Assembly (NCBI GenBank): GCA_964016885.1
Contig: OZ024756.1
Location: 29,512,001-29,576,000 of the forward strand
Direction of reading: 5' to 3'
Source: Eledone cirrhosa
Taxonomy: Eukaryota
DNA: 64,000 nucleotides
In this document: in pieces, positions 60,639 through 64,000 of the stretch
Numbering within the stretch: the first letter of the stretch is position 1
Layout: every line of letters starts with the position of its first letter
Program-made: the position numbers and the translations under genes
Notes under the pieces: generated by a model
Database searches by the model: none
What the model saw: the letters and a program-made list of their open reading frames with translations, nothing else
What the model was told of the DNA's origin: nothing

Positions 60639-61957
60639 TACACGAACATGTACACACATATCTACACGAACAAGTACATATATACACACACATAGACACA
60701 TATACATACATACATATATATATACACACACACACACACATATATAGACACATATACATACACATAATATATATACACACACATACGACCTAGGTACATA
60801 ACTGGCATTGTGAAAGCTCGACACCAGCAGGAATTTTACACTTTTTCTTTTTGCTGTTTATAAAACAGAGAGGGGAGTGCTGTGCCCATGACACTTTTCA
60901 GGGTCTCCAAGAGCGGTGAAAGGGTAGGAGGATGGAAGATGAAGTCTCCTTTAAACCGGAGACGGTGACCCGACTTTCCCTGAAGACGCTCAAGTAGCGG
61001 CAGTGGTGCTGCTGAGAATCGAACCCGCTCCAAAGTAGGCAGGTGGGATTTCAACTAGAAAAGCAATGAGCCGGAACAATAGCTATACCCTGTCCCCCAG
61101 CATGTCCACAAGTAGAATAGTAGACCCTCCCTCTTTTCCCTTCGAGACCTTTCCGACAGGAGATCAGTTAAAAAAACACTAGAACCTAGGACGAGGGGGG
61201 AAAAAAGAATAATTTCCCATCGAACATGAGACGGGTGTAAATCTAGAAATTTACCAAATAATCGGACAATAGACTGATTTAGGCACAAGGCCATCAATAT
61301 TGGGGGAAGGCAAAAGTCGATTAAATCGACTCCAGTGCGTCACTGGTATTTTATTTGATCGACTCTCGTAAAGGCAAAGCTAACCACGGTAGAATTTGAA
61401 CTCAGAACGAAAAAGGCTATTCTGGTAATAATAATAATAATGATTTTTAGTAATTAATTGATTGATTTCTAAGACATGAGGCCGCATATATGGGAGAGGG
61501 GTGTTCTAATCGATTAATTCGACCTTCAAGTAATTGAATGGTATTGTATTTTACCGAATCCGACGGGATTTGAACTCGGAACACAAAGGGACATAACTAT
61601 AACAATAATAATAATGTTGGTTTAACAAGTCACGAGGTCACACACGCATCGAACAGAATCAATCACTTTATACATACATTCATGTATTATATATATATGT
61701 GTGTGTGTGTGTGTGTATCCCGGGTTCAATCGGGGGTAACCACAGTAAGGTACTCAATACATAATAGAGTATATACAATATTTAATATAGAAATGGCTTA
61801 TACAGGACTAAAACTGTTTCATTCGAAGAAGGAATGAACAGTTCTAGTCCTGTAGAAGCCATTTCTATATATTATATACAGAGAGAGAGTGTGTGTGTGT
61901 GTGTGTGTATGCGTGGTACGTATATCGAGAATTACGAAAGAGTAATAATCGTATATA

Positions 61958-62055
61958 TAGCGTGTCCCCAAAAAATGTATACACACTTCAACAGCATTCT
62001 AATAAATATTGCCTGTACAGGTAATCAAAATGCGTGTACATTTCGGGACACCCTG
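61958..62055. mobile_element. Small Tc1/mariner-type MITE
   Basis: TA-TAGCGTGTCCCCAAAAAATGTATACAC ... GCGTGTACATTTCGGGACACCCTG-TA. Confidence 0.6.
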
Positions 62056-62059
62056 TATG

Positions 62060-62100
<41 letters not shown>

Positions 62101-62402
62101 TCTGTTCACACACGGAACAAAATGCGCTATCTAAGGTTTGAAGGTCCAAATCTGACCATCTCCCCTACATTGTAAACGGTGTACGGCGTTGCGTAGACTG
62201 GTAGATGGTACTTGGTACTTTATATTTCATAGAAAGACGGACGACAAATCGAAAAAATGCGAGGATGCGGTTCGAACTCAGGACTACGGCTAAATGCTAC
62301 AAAACCTTTTTGTCACTTTTACCGATCTGGCCACAAACACTGGCCAAGATAGTTCACTGGATATATGTATATATTATCAGTAATATATATATATAATATA
62401 CC

Positions 62403-62478
<76 letters not shown>

Positions 62479-62831
62479 TCAGGCCAAACTCGTTGGTGTT
62501 CAAGTCTAACCAGTTGGTATATATTACAGTCGATCGACTTTCGTCAAATCGGACCAAGGAAACAATGTTTCCATTGGTCTTTCCATATATATATATATAT
62601 ATATTTGTGTGTGTGTAGTGAGGTCTAACCAGTTGGTATATATATATATATATATATATATATGTAGGAGGTGAGTTTTATTGTAGTACAATAAAGCAAT
62701 GCAGATATCGGATAAGAAGCACTCTACAGTTTGTAGGACTGGAGTATACATAATATATAAGATCAAAAGATGGTTAAAGGAGTTCCATGTATTTTATAAA
62801 ATACATGGAACTCTTTTAACCATCTTTTGAT

Positions 62832-62873
<42 letters not shown>

Positions 62874-63188
62874 AGTGAACGAGGTATCGTTTAAGGTAAT
62901 CCAAGTAGAGGTTACGAGTAATCTGTACCGTGGAGGATTTTAATGTGCGGCGTTCATTGTGTATATATACATACACATATATATTTGTGTGTGTAGCCAA
63001 ATCTAACCAGTGTGTGTGTGTATATATATATATATATACTGCATATATATATTTGTGTGTGTAAAATCTAACCATATATATATATATATATATATGGAGA
63101 ATTAGTATATCTACCAACATATATATACAGATGCATACCTATGCTAGCAAATATATGGTTAGATTTTACACTCACAGATATATATATA

Positions 63189-63227
<39 letters not shown>

Positions 63228-63803
63228 CGTATATATTTGTGTGTAGCCAAGTCTAACCAGTGGGTGTGTATATATATATGTGTGTGTGTGATCAATTATA
63301 TACACCGGTATGTACATTGTATAGTCACCGAAATGCTGCTTTATTTCACCCACCATCCGATGTTATACACAATAAAACCACAGTCGTAGAGACAATTCGA
63401 ACTTGAAACATACATAAAGATATTTAGTGCGGCGCCCTACCGCTTATTTCTAATCCATTTTGCATAAAATATTTTATAAATCAATTTGAATTAAAATAAT
63501 AATTTTCTTAAGCGTCAAAAAAAAAAAAAGAAAAAGAAAAGGAGAAACGAACATCATTTTTTGCCGAAGCAACGAACACAACCACAATAAAAACACATTT
63601 GTAGATATATATGTGTGTGTGTATATATAGACATATAGACATATATATAGATGTTATAGCTATGCATACGTATTTACAAATATACATACATTTTCCATAT
63701 ATATATATAGAGAGAGAGAGATATATATGTATTACGTCAGTTTGTGATTGTATGTGGGTGTATAATAACAATAATATATATATATATTTATTAGAAATCT
63801 TAC

Positions 63804-63867
63804 CTGAAGTTTGAATTAGAGCCGTTAAAACAACAAATATAGAAACCAAACGGCGGTTGCTTTCCAT
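63804..63867 (-). CDS. First coding exon (signal peptide) of an Ig-superfamily cell-adhesion gene, NCAM/apCAM/Fas2-like
   Basis: ATG at 63867 reads MESNRRLVSIFVVLTALIQTS+G (basic n-region, hydrophobic h-region) and ends at a consensus donor CAG|GTAAGA. Length 64 nt, phase 1. Confidence 0.8.
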
Positions 63868-64000
63868 GATTGAAACAGATTTTTTTTTATATATATATTA
63901 GATTATATCGGTTGTATTTGGTTAGGTAAATTACCAGACGACAATTGAATTGGTTTTGTGTATATATATATATAAATATGTACACAATGAGCAACCGGAT

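Noticed and set aside
63508-63803. Remainder of the 119-aa ORF
   Set aside because: Read-through past a strong GTAAG donor into microsatellite.

Overview
AT-rich eukaryotic genomic DNA. The repeat content (huge TA/CA/TACA microsatellites, tRNA-derived SINEs, RTE LINEs) suggests a coleoid cephalopod such as Octopus; this assignment is inference. Almost all long ORFs in the track are microsatellite artefacts. Two real minus-strand exons sit at the extreme ends. A signal-peptide exon (63867-63804) and a half-Ig-domain exon (638-488) join in frame, so the window is best read as one ~63.2-kb phase-1 intron of an NCAM/apCAM/Fasciclin-2-like gene. The intron holds RTE, Tx1/L1, CRE-like and Hero-like LINE relics, three SINE families, piggyBac/hAT/Tc1-mariner MITEs, a Helitron 3' end and a 22-bp minisatellite. 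The most unusual signal is a set of microsatellite-embedded short repeats from about five families that carry complete, variant or half hammerhead-ribozyme motifs. Each family has at least one fold-back inverted copy, which fits Penelope-like pLTR relics. All calls were made by eye; no database search or folding program was run.
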